DNA of 64,000 nucleotides, taken from the IMG/VR virus record IMGVR_UViG_2757320830_000006. One strand, given 5' to 3'. The stretch is from an uncultured virus (IMG/VR IMGVR_UViG_2757320830_000006) (taxonomy: Duplodnaviria > Heunggongvirae > Uroviricota > Caudoviricetes). Below the pieces are notes generated by a model. The model did no database searches, had not been told where the DNA came from, and worked only from the letters and a program-made list of their open reading frames with translations. Positions 29,393-39,433 of the stretch are shown here, in pieces. Position 1 is the stretch's first letter. Every line of letters starts with the position of its first letter. The translations under genes were made by a program, and so were the position numbers.

Positions 29393-31380
29393 CAAATTTT
29401 CATATAAAACCGGCACACATACCCATCCGCGTTCAGCTTGAGCCCCGGCACCCACGGCGGCGTCCTGCCCATCTGCTCGCAGACAACTTCGAGCGAAACC
29501 CTCGGATCGCACTCAATGATAAGCTCATCGTGGACATGACCGACAATGTCACAGCAACGGAGCGTTTTCATAGCGTAGGCGAGAATATCGCGGCTGATCG
29601 CCTGCACGATGTTTTCCACGAATTTCGGACCGTAGCTTTCGATGCGTTCCCATTTCTTATTCTGCCCGACGCCCTCATAGGTGACGGATTCCGAACCGAA
29701 GCGGTTGAGTCCCATCCTCGGCTTCACATAGGCAAGCCGCCTACCGGACGGCAGCGTGATGAACATCATGCCTGACTTATAGGAAAAGACGATGCCGTGT
29801 GTCTCCGTGCGGATATGTTTCCTGACAGTTTCGGTCACACAGCGGTCGACATCCCACCAGAAGCTGACGATGTTCGGATTGGCTGTGCGCCACGAGGATA
29901 CCAGCGGATAAAGCTCGTCTTCGGTGAGTCCCATCTCCAATGCGCCCATCGCTTTGAGTGCGCCGACCGAGCCACCGTAGCCGAGAGCCAGTTCCGCAAT
30001 TTTGCCCTTCTGCCGGAGGTGACCGTTCACGCCGTGCTTCTCGACCGGGACGCCGAACATGGCGGATGCTGAAGCACAGTATATATCACCATTCTTGCTG
30101 AACACATCCATGCGCCATTTTTCTTTTGCGAGATATGACAGCACCCTTGCCTCTATGGCTGAGAAGTCGCTGACAATAAATTTATATCCCGGTTTGGGAA
30201 TAAAAGCAGTGCGTATTAGCTGTGAGAGCGTGTCCGGCACGTCGCCGTACAGCATTGACACCATCTCGTAGTCGCCTTCCTTTACAAGCTCCCGCGCCTG
30301 TTCCAGATCATCCATGTGATTCTGGGGCAGGTTTTGCAATTGAATGATGCGCCCAGCCCATCTGCCACTGCGGTTGGCTCCGTAAAACTGAAACATCCCG
30401 TGAGCCCGGCCGTCCTCGCAGGCGGCCGTTTTCATTGCCTGGTATTTCTTGACTGAGGATTTCGCAAGCTGCTGGCGGAGAGCAAGGATATCCGCAAGCT
30501 CCGGCGACGCAGTCTTGATGGCAGCGGCCACTTCCTTCTTGCCAAGGCTCTCCATTTCCATCCCGTTTTCGGCAAGCCACTGTTTCATCTGCTGGACGCT
30601 CCCCGGATTGTCAAGGTGCGTCAGCTCCTTCATTTTATACGATAGCTCCTCCTTTGAGCGGTCGTCCATTGCAATTGCATTCTTGACAAGCGGCATGTCA
30701 ACCAGAATGCCACGGTCGTTTATTTCCTGATCAATATGATACTCATCCCACACGAAGTCCGGCACGGGGAATCCCTGCAGCCGAGCTTTTATCTGTATCT
30801 CAACCTCTACATCGCGCTTATTGTAAGCCTTGAAGACTTCCCACTTCTCGGAATCATCAGACGGCAGATTTCTCGTTCGCTCACTATTTGTTTTTGTCGG
30901 CTTGCACGGGACACAGAAATATTTGATCATGGCTTTCCCTTCCGACATTTTCCGCTGCTCCAGTTTCAGTACAGAGCCGATCTTATCGAGCGACAGCGGG
31001 AGCCCCAGATATGCTCCCCAGATCATGGAACAGCGCCAGCTTTCCGGGTTCAGATAATGGGCGTGTTTCGTTGAGAGCGGATGATTGTCATAAAACGGAT
31101 CAAGGCTGATACCACGGTCACGCAGGTACCGGGACAGGCAGATTCTCTCGAACTGACTGTTGTGTGCCCACTTTATTACATTGTCGTCCGTCAGAGCGTT
31201 TATGATCTCATCCGGAATTGTCTCGCCGGACGCAAGGTCGATAACCTTCACCTCGCCGCCGTCAACGGAATAGCCGAACAGCAGTATCTCGAAGTCGTCC
31301 GCTTCGGCGTACTTGTACACGCCGCATTTCGACAGATCGTTGCTGCTGAAAGTCTCCAGATCTATATCTAACTCATGCAT
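29392..31380 (-). CDS. Phage family A DNA polymerase
   Basis: Exonuclease 'IDLET', 'AHNSQFER'; polymerase 'DFSAIEAR', 'RQKGKIAELALGYGG', 'HVHDE'. Confidence 0.95.
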   Translation of the reverse strand: MHELDIDLETFSSNDLSKCGVYKYAEADDFEILLFGYSVDGGEVKVIDLASGETIPDEIINALTDDNVIKWAHNSQFERICLSRYLRDRGISLDPFYDNHPLSTKHAHYLNPESWRCSMIWGAYLGLPLSLDKIGSVLKLEQRKMSEGKAMIKYFCVPCKPTKTNSERTRNLPSDDSEKWEVFKAYNKRDVEVEIQIKARLQGFPVPDFVWDEYHIDQEINDRGILVDMPLVKNAIAMDDRSKEELSYKMKELTHLDNPGSVQQMKQWLAENGMEMESLGKKEVAAAIKTASPELADILALRQQLAKSSVKKYQAMKTAACEDGRAHGMFQFYGANRSGRWAGRIIQLQNLPQNHMDDLEQARELVKEGDYEMVSMLYGDVPDTLSQLIRTAFIPKPGYKFIVSDFSAIEARVLSYLAKEKWRMDVFSKNGDIYCASASAMFGVPVEKHGVNGHLRQKGKIAELALGYGGSVGALKAMGALEMGLTEDELYPLVSSWRTANPNIVSFWWDVDRCVTETVRKHIRTETHGIVFSYKSGMMFITLPSGRRLAYVKPRMGLNRFGSESVTYEGVGQNKKWERIESYGPKFVENIVQAISRDILAYAMKTLRCCDIVGHVHDELIIECDPRVSLEVVCEQMGRTPPWVPGLKLNADGYVCRFYMKI

Positions 31381-31447
31381 ACATTTCCTCCAAAGTCGGC
31401 AAAGGCGGCAGAGAAACCTCCGCCGCCCGCCGTTCCAATTGTCCGAT

Positions 31448-31624
31448 TCAGTTTTTCATGCGCTTCTCATGGTACTCCCTGTCACGTTTGTCGGCTTCCT
31501 CTTTGCGGCGTTCCTCCTTGCGGTCGTTCAGGAGATTCTGGACGACCGTGATCAGGAACACCACGCTGATGACAAGCCAGATTGCGAGAAGAATGACAAG
31601 AAACGCTGTCTGTAATGTCGTCAT
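31448..31624 (-). CDS. 58-aa membrane-anchored phage protein (not in the ORF track)
   Basis: MTTLQTAFLVILLAIWLVISVVFLITVVQ...KRDREYHEKRMKN; AAGGAGG RBS. Confidence 0.75.
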   Translation of the reverse strand: MTTLQTAFLVILLAIWLVISVVFLITVVQNLLNDRKEERRKEEADKRDREYHEKRMKN

Positions 31625-31637
31625 GGTGTGCCCTCCT

Positions 31638-32201
31638 TTAGCTTAGAAAATCATCATCCTCATCCGCCGCAAAGTCGTCTTCGGCGCGGCTTCTGCTGCC
31701 AAGCGGCTCACCGTCACGGATCTTCTGGAGATTGTTCAGACCGCAGGCGATTCCCTTGTTGCCATTTGTATTGAAGGAATACATGCTGATGGACGCACGT
31801 CCGTACACGCCAGAGTAGACTTCACTTCTCTCAAGGATGGGCTGGCGGTCAGCGTCAACAATGCCGGGAGCAGTGGTGCTGTTGGCATTGATGAAATAGC
31901 TGTTCGCATAAGCCGGATCGTCCGGGCGTTCCACGTCACCGTCACGCATAGGCGTCTTGATGGCCGCAAGCGGAGGCACGCTCTTGGAATTGCCCTTCAG
32001 CTTGCTCTCACCTTCCTCATACGCCGCCTGGATCGCGGCCTTGATCTTGTTCACCGTGACGGTGTCCTTCTTCGGAATGATCAGGCTCACGGAAAACTTC
32101 GGCGTTCCGCCGTTGATGCTCTTCGCGTCCCAGACGTTCGCGTAACTCCAGCGGGTGTCGGGACCGGTGATAACCTTCGTAGGATTTATAAACTTTGACA
32201 T
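31638..32201 (-). CDS. DUF2815 phage ssDNA-binding protein
   Basis: 'TRWSYANVW', 'YSGVYGRASI', 'GIACGLNNLQK', acidic tail. Confidence 0.92.
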   Translation of the reverse strand: MSKFINPTKVITGPDTRWSYANVWDAKSINGGTPKFSVSLIIPKKDTVTVNKIKAAIQAAYEEGESKLKGNSKSVPPLAAIKTPMRDGDVERPDDPAYANSYFINANSTTAPGIVDADRQPILERSEVYSGVYGRASISMYSFNTNGNKGIACGLNNLQKIRDGEPLGSRSRAEDDFAADEDDDFLS

Positions 32202-32214
32202 AATATTGTCCTCC

Positions 32215-33330
32215 TTATTCAAAATCTGTTTTTGCTGTATCTAACGCCGGACGCTTGTCCGACTTTGGTACCAGGGTCGGTTTCCCCGGCGGCTTGTATG
32301 TAAGTCCGCCGAGAACCTCGTCAAACTGCTTCTTTCCAAGAAGCGATCTCATTGCCGTGATGCCGAGAATCTTGCGCTCATATGGTTCGTAGCCAAGCTC
32401 CGATACCGCCTCCGCTACGGCGTTCTCATCGGTGTACTTCGTGACGGAGCGTCCCGCGACCACTTTGAAGTCAGGGTATTCCGTGCCGGAGAGCGCCTGC
32501 CGCAAGGCATATTCCTTGATGTCGTTCGCCCAGGATACGAGCTCGTCCGCCTTGAGAAGCACCATGTCAATCTCCTCATCTGACAGGTCTGGCGGCATTT
32601 GAAAGTCGTACTTCGCGAGCTCCAGATTGTACTCTGCTCGTTTCCGGCAGGTAGCCTTTACGGCGCAGAACTGGCAGTGGTCGCCAGCCTTGTATTCGCC
32701 CTCACCCTTGTAGGCAAGCTTTGCAGCGGGAGCGAGAATCTCGTCTGCCCATTTGAGAAGATCTGCTTTGGAAATCTCGAAGGTGCTGATATTGTCCCGC
32801 CTCGGCTGGAAGATTGTCATGCGGATGGTTTCGATATCGTAGATGCCGTCAAACATCTCAACCGCTCCGAGCGCGTAGCACATCATCTGCGGATTCATCT
32901 CGGCATTCACAATGACGCCAAGTCCATGTTTATAATCGATAATCTGCAGCAGGTCATCCGCGACGATTACACAGTCGCCGGTTCCGAAGCCTTCCGGCAC
33001 CCAGCGAGAGAAATCCAGTCGCTGCTCAACAAATACCGCCGGGTCGCTGCAGTGCTTCTTTGCTTCCTCAACCTGCTCCATTACGAAGGAGCAGTACTGG
33101 TCGGAGCACCTGTCCATCTCCTCATCGGAATAATCAAGATCTTCAGTCGGATCTCTGACATTTCTCCCGAGAGTGTGTTCAACCTTGTACTGGCAGAGCT
33201 CATGCGCGGCGGTTCCCTGTCTTGCGTACTCGCTTGACTGGTCAGGAACGCTGGCGCATCTCTTGGCGCTCGGCGGACACTGTAGCCATCGGTGGCACGA
33301 TGACGCGGAGAGAAGTGCATGCTTGCTCAT
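32215..33330 (-). CDS. DUF2800 PD-(D/E)XK nuclease
   Basis: 'HALLSASS..RW..CPPS', 'GFGTGD', 'IDYKHG', 'HCQFC...C'. Confidence 0.92.
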   Translation of the reverse strand: MSKHALLSASSCHRWLQCPPSAKRCASVPDQSSEYARQGTAAHELCQYKVEHTLGRNVRDPTEDLDYSDEEMDRCSDQYCSFVMEQVEEAKKHCSDPAVFVEQRLDFSRWVPEGFGTGDCVIVADDLLQIIDYKHGLGVIVNAEMNPQMMCYALGAVEMFDGIYDIETIRMTIFQPRRDNISTFEISKADLLKWADEILAPAAKLAYKGEGEYKAGDHCQFCAVKATCRKRAEYNLELAKYDFQMPPDLSDEEIDMVLLKADELVSWANDIKEYALRQALSGTEYPDFKVVAGRSVTKYTDENAVAEAVSELGYEPYERKILGITAMRSLLGKKQFDEVLGGLTYKPPGKPTLVPKSDKRPALDTAKTDFE

Positions 33331-33689
33331 TTCAGCGCCTCCGCTTCTTTTACGAGGTCGGGGTACTTTGCCGGATCAACGTCTGTCAGACTTCCTCCGC
33401 CGTATTTCTTCACCAGAGCTTTTGCCTGTTCCCGGAAGCCTGCCACTGACTTCTCCGCAAGGAGCTTTCTCACTTCCTCTTTGGTATAGGTTTTCTCAGG
33501 CTCTTTCTCCGGCGTGGCGGCAGCTTCTGCCTGTGCCGGAGCGGCCTGTTCTGGTACTGGTGCGGTTTCTGAGAAGGCAGCTCTGATTTCATTTGCTGTC
33601 TTAATCAGCTCTTCACCGCATTCTGTTAACTTCTGTCCTGCGTCGATCAGCGCGTCAAGCGTCATCGACAGCTCGCTCATTTTGCCCAT
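33327..33689 (-). CDS. Conserved phage replication-module protein
   Basis: 'MGKMSEL...YTKEEVRKLLA...LVKKYG..L..VDP..Y'; typical position before DUF2800. Confidence 0.75.
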   Translation of the reverse strand: MGKMSELSMTLDALIDAGQKLTECGEELIKTANEIRAAFSETAPVPEQAAPAQAEAAATPEKEPEKTYTKEEVRKLLAEKSVAGFREQAKALVKKYGGGSLTDVDPAKYPDLVKEAEALK

Positions 33690-33819
33690 GCTTGTCCTCC
33701 TTTAACATCTGCATTTCGAGTTTTCTCGCCAGCCGTCTTGACACAACGCTGATGGCGATCAGCGTATCGATCAGCTCACGCTTTTCGGCCGGTGATTTCA
33801 TTTCTTTTGTTTCCTGCAT
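33655..33819 (-). CDS. Small phage hypothetical protein
   Basis: 'ELIDTLIAISVVSRRLARKL'; AAGGAGG RBS. Confidence 0.65.
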   Translation of the reverse strand: MQETKEMKSPAEKRELIDTLIAISVVSRRLARKLEMQMLKEDKHGQNERAVDDA

Positions 33820-33841
33820 GGCTGTCTGTCCTCCTTTCACC

Positions 33842-34001
33842 GGCTATGTAGCCAAATGCCCGGATTTTCCGGTCAAATCCAAAAAAATTTTTAAGACCTG
33901 CATTTCTTCCTTAATTCATAGGAAGCGATGCAGGTCTTTTTGCGTGTTCTGAAATTTTTCTCCACCACGACCGGAAAAATGACCGGTTTGGCTACATAGC
34001 C
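33842..34001. promoter_or_regulatory. Divergent pair of identical promoter-like motifs
   Basis: GACCGGAAAA-N8-TTTGGCTACATAGCC on minus (33874-33842) and plus (33969-34001), each followed by a GGAGG RBS. Confidence 0.7.
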
Positions 34002-34053
34002 ATCGGGAGGGATGGAAAAGCCCTTCACAAATACACGAAAGGAGTTAGTGACG

Positions 34054-34404
34054 ATGGCTAACACAAATCAGAAGAAGCAGTACCGTCCGCTCGTTTATGT
34101 TTGCTCGCCGTATTCCGGCGATACAGATAAGAACACTCAGGATGCGAGAAGGTACAGCCGCTTCGCAGTAGACAGGGGAACAATCCCGCTCACGCCGCAC
34201 CTGATGCTGCCGCAGTACATGAAGGAGGACAGCGAACGCGAGCTCGCGCTCTTTATGGATCTGATCTTCCTCGGGAAGTGCGATGAGCTGTGGGTGTTCG
34301 GCAGCCGGGTATCCTCCGGCATGAAAACGGAAATCGACAGAGCCAAGCTGCGCCGGATGACAATCCGTTATTTCACAGAAGAGTGCGAGGAGGTGCAGGC
34401 ATGA
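34054..34404 (+). CDS. DUF4406-like (nucleoside deoxyribosyltransferase-like) phage protein
   Basis: 'VYVCSPYSG', 'PHL', 'CDELWVFG...SSGM..EI'. Confidence 0.8.
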   Translation: MANTNQKKQYRPLVYVCSPYSGDTDKNTQDARRYSRFAVDRGTIPLTPHLMLPQYMKEDSERELALFMDLIFLGKCDELWVFGSRVSSGMKTEIDRAKLRRMTIRYFTEECEEVQA

Positions 34405-35159
34405 CAGAAAGCGGCGAGAAAATCCGCACAAACTGGATTGCTGTTACAGAATCGCAACTTCAATCTTTGGCAGACCTGGGATTGCAGCTCAAGGATTCTG
34501 AGCGGCAGAGGCTTCTCGATAATCCGGCGTTGGAGAAATTCTTGCTGGAGTGCAGAGATGACAAGGGCCATTGTGAGCTGATTTTTGAGGAATGCATCGA
34601 TCCGGAGAAGGTTCCTGAACCCGCGCTGAACGGAAGAAAGGTTTATTCTTCCCGTGCCTTTGCAGGCATCTGCTTCACGACGCTCGGCAGAAGAGCGTTG
34701 TTTTTCATGGAAACCTATGAATGGGTTGGAGCCAGCGGCATGGTGGAAGGCGCAAGAGCAGTCATGCCGGAGTATCTTGCGGCACACGGAGATAAAGAGC
34801 TCTCTGAGCATGAAGACTGCGTTTATCTTTCGTTCTTTGCGATTCAGTATCTGCTTCACTTTAGACCGATAGAGCTGAATGAGCGAAAGGAATACAGAAA
34901 AGGCATCAAAAGTAATCTGCCGCTTGCCGCCCCGTTCACGAAACCGGGAAAGGTCCGTGTCTCACACTTCAAAGGCGATATTTCTAAGGTTCAGGTCAGC
35001 CACAGAAATTTTACCGAGTGGCATTGTCCGGCATGGGGCGTTCGAGGTCATTACCGCCATTACAGAGATGGCCGCATTTCATATGTGAAGCCATATATCA
35101 AAGGAAAGCTGAAAGAAGAATATCAGGGACGGGAGTACGTCCTGTTCAGGGAGGATTAA
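34401..35159 (+). CDS. Hypothetical phage protein
   Basis: Translationally coupled; C-terminal 'VRGHYRHY..G...VKPYIKG'. Confidence 0.7.
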   Translation: MTESGEKIRTNWIAVTESQLQSLADLGLQLKDSERQRLLDNPALEKFLLECRDDKGHCELIFEECIDPEKVPEPALNGRKVYSSRAFAGICFTTLGRRALFFMETYEWVGASGMVEGARAVMPEYLAAHGDKELSEHEDCVYLSFFAIQYLLHFRPIELNERKEYRKGIKSNLPLAAPFTKPGKVRVSHFKGDISKVQVSHRNFTEWHCPAWGVRGHYRHYRDGRISYVKPYIKGKLKEEYQGREYVLFRED

Positions 35160-35163
35160 CTAT

Positions 35164-37455
35164 ATGGAAGTGATTTTATACACCGCAGATGTCCGGGAGG
35201 ACGCGAATAACTGCATTTATCCGCATAAGCAGGTCATAACAGATGCCGTAGGTATTGCCGAAGCGGCAAGGTTTGATCAGGTGTTTGCCAAATACAAGAA
35301 TGATTACCGGCTGGTCGAGAACTTTGAAGAGTCATTTTGCATTCCGCAGGACTGCGATAATGACCATTCCGAGAATCCGGATGAATGGATGACGGCGGAG
35401 AAGCTGCATGAGGAATTGAAAGATGTAGACCATGTGATTTTGCCGAGCCGCAACAACATGAAATGGAAAGGCAGGAAGTCTCCAAGGCCGAGACTCCATA
35501 TTCTGTTCCCGGTGAGAAAGTACACCGACGCTGAAACGTATAACAGCGTTAAAACGGCTATCCAGAACAAGTATCCGTTCCTGGACAGAAAGGCGCTCAA
35601 TGCAGCTCGTTTCTTTTTCGGCTCCGATGTAAGGCCGGAGGATGTTATCTGGAACGAAGGCACCTGTCAGATCGATGAAATTCTGGAGGTTTCGGATTTT
35701 GACGATGATACCTCGTCAATCGCTCCGCCAATGTACACCGGAGGCTCTATCCCGGAGGGCAGCCGCAACAATACGATGTCTCACTTTGCAAGCCGCGTCC
35801 TGAAGCGGTTCGGCGATACAGATAAGGCGCATGAAGCATTTCTGGAACGCGCGGCGAAATGCGATCCGCCACTGCCGGACAAGGAACTCCGCACCATCTG
35901 GCGAAGTGCACTGAAATTCTTCAAAAGCAAGATCGAGACCAGCGAAGGATATGTGCCGCCTGATGAATATGAGGATTCTTTTGGCAGCAGCTTCCTGAAG
36001 CCAGACGACTATTCTGATATCGGCGAAGCCAAGGTCATCGCGTCACATTGCGAAGACAAGCTGCGGTTCACAAGTGCCACAGACTTTATCGCTTTCGGTG
36101 GCGACCGCTGGTACGAGGACAAGCAGAAGTCACTCGGCATTGTCGAGAATTTCATGGATGACCAGCTGACGGATGCAGAGGAAGCTATCCGCATTGCGGA
36201 GGAGAACCTTATCGCCATCGGAATCCCGGAAGCGGATGTAAAGGCGAGGAGCAAGAAGCTCATGAACCAGGTGCCGGAGAAAAAGCTGAGCCTGCTGTAC
36301 GCACTGATCGGCGCGGATACCTATAAGAAGTTCGTCATGAAATACCGCAATTACCGCTACATCGTAAACGCTCAGAATGCGGCAAAGCCAATGCTCGCGC
36401 TGGACGTGTCGGAGCTTGATTATGATCCGGAGCTTCTCAACACGCCGGATGCCACCTACGACCTGACCAAGGGCCTGAACGGCAGCCACCCGCACGATCC
36501 GGATGATCTTATTACGAAGATTACTGCCTGCTCTCCGGGTGACAAGGGCATGAAGCTTTGGCTGGAGAATCTTGACTTGTTCTTCTGCAAGGATCAGGAG
36601 CTTATCAGCTATGTGCAGCAGATTGTCGGAATGGCAGCAGTCGGACGAGTCTATGCAGAACAGATGATCATCGCCTATGGCGGCGGTGCGAACGGCAAGT
36701 CTACCTTCTGGAACACCATCGCGAGAGTTCTCGGAAATTACTCTGGGAAAATATCAGCAGAGGCTCTGACCATGAACTGCAAGCGGAATGTGAAACCGGA
36801 AATGGCAGAACTCAAAGGCAAGCGTCTGATTATTGCATCGGAGCTTGAAGAGGGCCAGCGGCTCAACACCGGCATGGTAAAGCAGCTCTGCAGCATTGAT
36901 CCCATCGAAGCAGAAAAGAAGTACAAGGACCCGTTTCATTTTGATCCTTCGCACACGCTTGTCCTGTATACCAACTATCTGCCGAAGGTGTCCGCCAATG
37001 ACGACGGTACGTGGAGAAGGCTGATTGTCATTCCGTTTAACGCCAAGATCAGCGGCAAGAGCGATATCAAGAACTACTCTGATTACCTTTTTGAGAACGC
37101 CGGGCCTGCCATCATGAAATGGATCATCGAGGGCGCGGGCATCGCAATCAGGAAGGGGTTCAAAATTCCGGAGCCGAAGGCCGTCCGTGACGCTGTTGAG
37201 AAGTACCGCGAGGACAATGACTGGCTGGGAAAGTTCATTGAGGAGCACTGCGATGTTGATCCGTCATACACAGAGAAGTCAGGTGATCTGTATCAGCAGT
37301 ACCGCAGCGTCTGCATGCAGACGGGAGAGTTTACCAGAAGCACTTCTGACTTCTATGGCAATCTGGAGAAGGCCGGATTCCAGCGCAGGAAGACGAAAAA
37401 AGGACATTTTGTCTACGGCCTGAAGCTGAAGGAAGCACAGGATTTTCTTGAATAA
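35164..37455 (+). CDS. P4-family primase / SF3 helicase
   Basis: 'DCDNDHS', PriCT 'EGSRNNTMS', Walker A 'GGGANGKST'. Confidence 0.93.
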   Translation: MEVILYTADVREDANNCIYPHKQVITDAVGIAEAARFDQVFAKYKNDYRLVENFEESFCIPQDCDNDHSENPDEWMTAEKLHEELKDVDHVILPSRNNMKWKGRKSPRPRLHILFPVRKYTDAETYNSVKTAIQNKYPFLDRKALNAARFFFGSDVRPEDVIWNEGTCQIDEILEVSDFDDDTSSIAPPMYTGGSIPEGSRNNTMSHFASRVLKRFGDTDKAHEAFLERAAKCDPPLPDKELRTIWRSALKFFKSKIETSEGYVPPDEYEDSFGSSFLKPDDYSDIGEAKVIASHCEDKLRFTSATDFIAFGGDRWYEDKQKSLGIVENFMDDQLTDAEEAIRIAEENLIAIGIPEADVKARSKKLMNQVPEKKLSLLYALIGADTYKKFVMKYRNYRYIVNAQNAAKPMLALDVSELDYDPELLNTPDATYDLTKGLNGSHPHDPDDLITKITACSPGDKGMKLWLENLDLFFCKDQELISYVQQIVGMAAVGRVYAEQMIIAYGGGANGKSTFWNTIARVLGNYSGKISAEALTMNCKRNVKPEMAELKGKRLIIASELEEGQRLNTGMVKQLCSIDPIEAEKKYKDPFHFDPSHTLVLYTNYLPKVSANDDGTWRRLIVIPFNAKISGKSDIKNYSDYLFENAGPAIMKWIIEGAGIAIRKGFKIPEPKAVRDAVEKYREDNDWLGKFIEEHCDVDPSYTEKSGDLYQQYRSVCMQTGEFTRSTSDFYGNLEKAGFQRRKTKKGHFVYGLKLKEAQDFLE

Positions 37456-37461
37456 TGGCTA

Positions 37462-37565
37462 AGGGTGACAGTCGGTGTACCTCTCTATATAAAAGTCCTA
37501 TAAGGGATAAAAAATAATTATCTATATAGGGGTTTTAAGGGAAGACCCTCACCGACCGTCACCCT
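37462..37565. other. Candidate phage replication origin
   Basis: 16-bp inverted repeat AGGGTGACAGTCGGTG / CACCGACCGTCACCCT flanking an AT-rich core, directly after the primase gene. Confidence 0.55.
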
Positions 37566-37588
37566 CAGATTTATGACGGAGGTTTGCA

Positions 37589-37870
37589 GTGAGGGAAAAA
37601 TACATAGAAGCAAAATTTGTATCCGAGGTGAAAAGCTGCGGCGGCATCGCGCCGAAGTTCGTCTCGCCCGGATTTGACGGAATGCCGGACAGGCTGGTTC
37701 TTTTCCCTGATGGGAGGATGGCCTTTGCCGAGATAAAAGCGCCGGGCAAGAAGCCGAGACCGCTGCAGGTTTCAAGGCATGAGCTGCTTCGGCGGCTTGG
37801 GTATCGGGTTTACGTTATCGACAGCACAGAGCAGATCGGAGGTGTTATTGATGAAATACTCTCCACATGA
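37589..37870 (+). CDS. VRR-NUC nuclease
   Basis: 'GMPDRLV', 'FAEIKAPG', 'RPLQ'. Confidence 0.92.
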   Translation: MREKYIEAKFVSEVKSCGGIAPKFVSPGFDGMPDRLVLFPDGRMAFAEIKAPGKKPRPLQVSRHELLRRLGYRVYVIDSTEQIGGVIDEILST

Positions 37871-39209
37871 TTATCAGAAATATGCCGCCGATTTTATCGT
37901 GAAGAATCCCATCTCCGCCATTCTGCTTGACATGGGCATGGGCAAGAGCGTAATCACGCTGACGGCTATTTATGAACTGATGTATGAGCTGTTCGAGGTG
38001 CAGAAGGTGCTTATAATCGCGCCGCTTCGGGTTGCGAAGAACACATGGTCTGCGGAAATCGAAAAGTGGGATCATCTGAAAGGACTGACCTATTCCGTCG
38101 CGGTCGGGACGCCTGCTGAGAGGATGGCGGCGCTGAAAGCAGAAGCGGATATTACGATCATTAACCGTGAGAATGTTTCATGGCTGATTGACGAGAGCGG
38201 AGTGCCGTGGAGCTGGGATATGGTCGTGATTGATGAGCTTTCATCCTTCAAGAACCACAAAGCGAAGCGGTTCAGGTCGCTGATGAAGGCAAGGCCAAAG
38301 GTAAAACGAATCGTCGGGCTGACAGGCACGCCGAGCAGTAACGGTCTTATGGATTTATTCGCCGAGTTCAAGGTTCTCGACATGGGAAAACGGCTGGGCA
38401 GATTTATCGGGCAGTACCGTGACACCTACTTTACGCCGGACAGGATGAATGGTCCGATTGTTTATTCCTATGCGCTTCTTCCCCGAGCGGAGGACGAGAT
38501 TTACCGGAAAATATCCGACATCACGATTTCCATGAAATGTACCGATCATCTGAAGATGCCGAAGAAGATAATCACGCAGGCAGAAGCCGTGATGTCGGAT
38601 GCCGAAACGGCGAGATACGAAAAGATGAAGAAGGAACTGGTGCTGCAGCTGGACGGTGAAGAGATTACAGCCGCAAACGCCGCATCGCTTTCCGGGAAGC
38701 TCTGCCAGATGGCAAATGGTGCGGTCTATTCCGATGACGGAAAGATTACCCGCATCCATGACAGGAAGCTCGACGTACTGGAGGACATTATCGAAGCGGC
38801 AAACGGCAAACCGCTGCTGGTGGCGTACTGGTTCCGGCATGATTTCGAGAGAATCGCGGAACGGCTGCATGAGCGAAAGATCCCGTTTGAAAAGCTTGAT
38901 TCTGACGACAGCATTCGCAGGTGGAACCGAAAGGAAATACCAGTCGGTCTGATCCATCCGGCAAGCGCCGGTCATGGCCTGAATCTTCAGGACGGCGGCA
39001 GCACGATTGTATGGTTCGGACTGACATGGTCGTTGGAGCTTTATCAGCAGACAAACGCAAGACTCTGGCGGCAGGGGCAGCAGGCGGATACGGTGGTGAT
39101 TCAGCACATCGTTACAAAAGGCACGATTGACGGGCAGATATTAAAAGCTCTTTCTGAAAAGAACGATACCCAGTCCGCACTGATCGATGCCGTAAAGGCG
39201 GTGGTGTGA
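37851..39209 (+). CDS. SNF2-family phage helicase
   Basis: 'DMGMGKS', 'VIDELS', 'LTGTP', 'QTNARLWRQGQ'. Confidence 0.93.
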   Translation: MKYSPHDYQKYAADFIVKNPISAILLDMGMGKSVITLTAIYELMYELFEVQKVLIIAPLRVAKNTWSAEIEKWDHLKGLTYSVAVGTPAERMAALKAEADITIINRENVSWLIDESGVPWSWDMVVIDELSSFKNHKAKRFRSLMKARPKVKRIVGLTGTPSSNGLMDLFAEFKVLDMGKRLGRFIGQYRDTYFTPDRMNGPIVYSYALLPRAEDEIYRKISDITISMKCTDHLKMPKKIITQAEAVMSDAETARYEKMKKELVLQLDGEEITAANAASLSGKLCQMANGAVYSDDGKITRIHDRKLDVLEDIIEAANGKPLLVAYWFRHDFERIAERLHERKIPFEKLDSDDSIRRWNRKEIPVGLIHPASAGHGLNLQDGGSTIVWFGLTWSLELYQQTNARLWRQGQQADTVVIQHIVTKGTIDGQILKALSEKNDTQSALIDAVKAVV

Positions 39210-39433
39210 TGGGAGATCCGTATGAGAACCTGGCCATAGCTATTATCAAATCTGCCTCGAGAGATTATTTGGCGGCACTCCGGAAACTCAAGAAAAATCC
39301 GCGCAGCAAGTCAGCAATGCAGGACGCGCTGGCTCTTGAGCGGTTCTTCCATTCGCAGTGGTATCAGTGCTTAACATCGGTCGACGGCGACTACCTTATC
39401 GACCGTCTTCGTGAGGAGGTGAAGAATAAATGA
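39206..39433 (+). CDS. Conserved phage hypothetical protein
   Basis: 'PYENLAIAII...ERFFHSQWY..LT.VDG'. Confidence 0.75.
   Translation: MMGDPYENLAIAIIKSASRDYLAALRKLKKNPRSKSAMQDALALERFFHSQWYQCLTSVDGDYLIDRLREEVKNK

Noticed and set aside
32215..33330. Cas4-like nuclease as a CRISPR component
   Set aside because: Standard DUF2800 in a phage replication module; no repeat-spacer array or other cas genes seen
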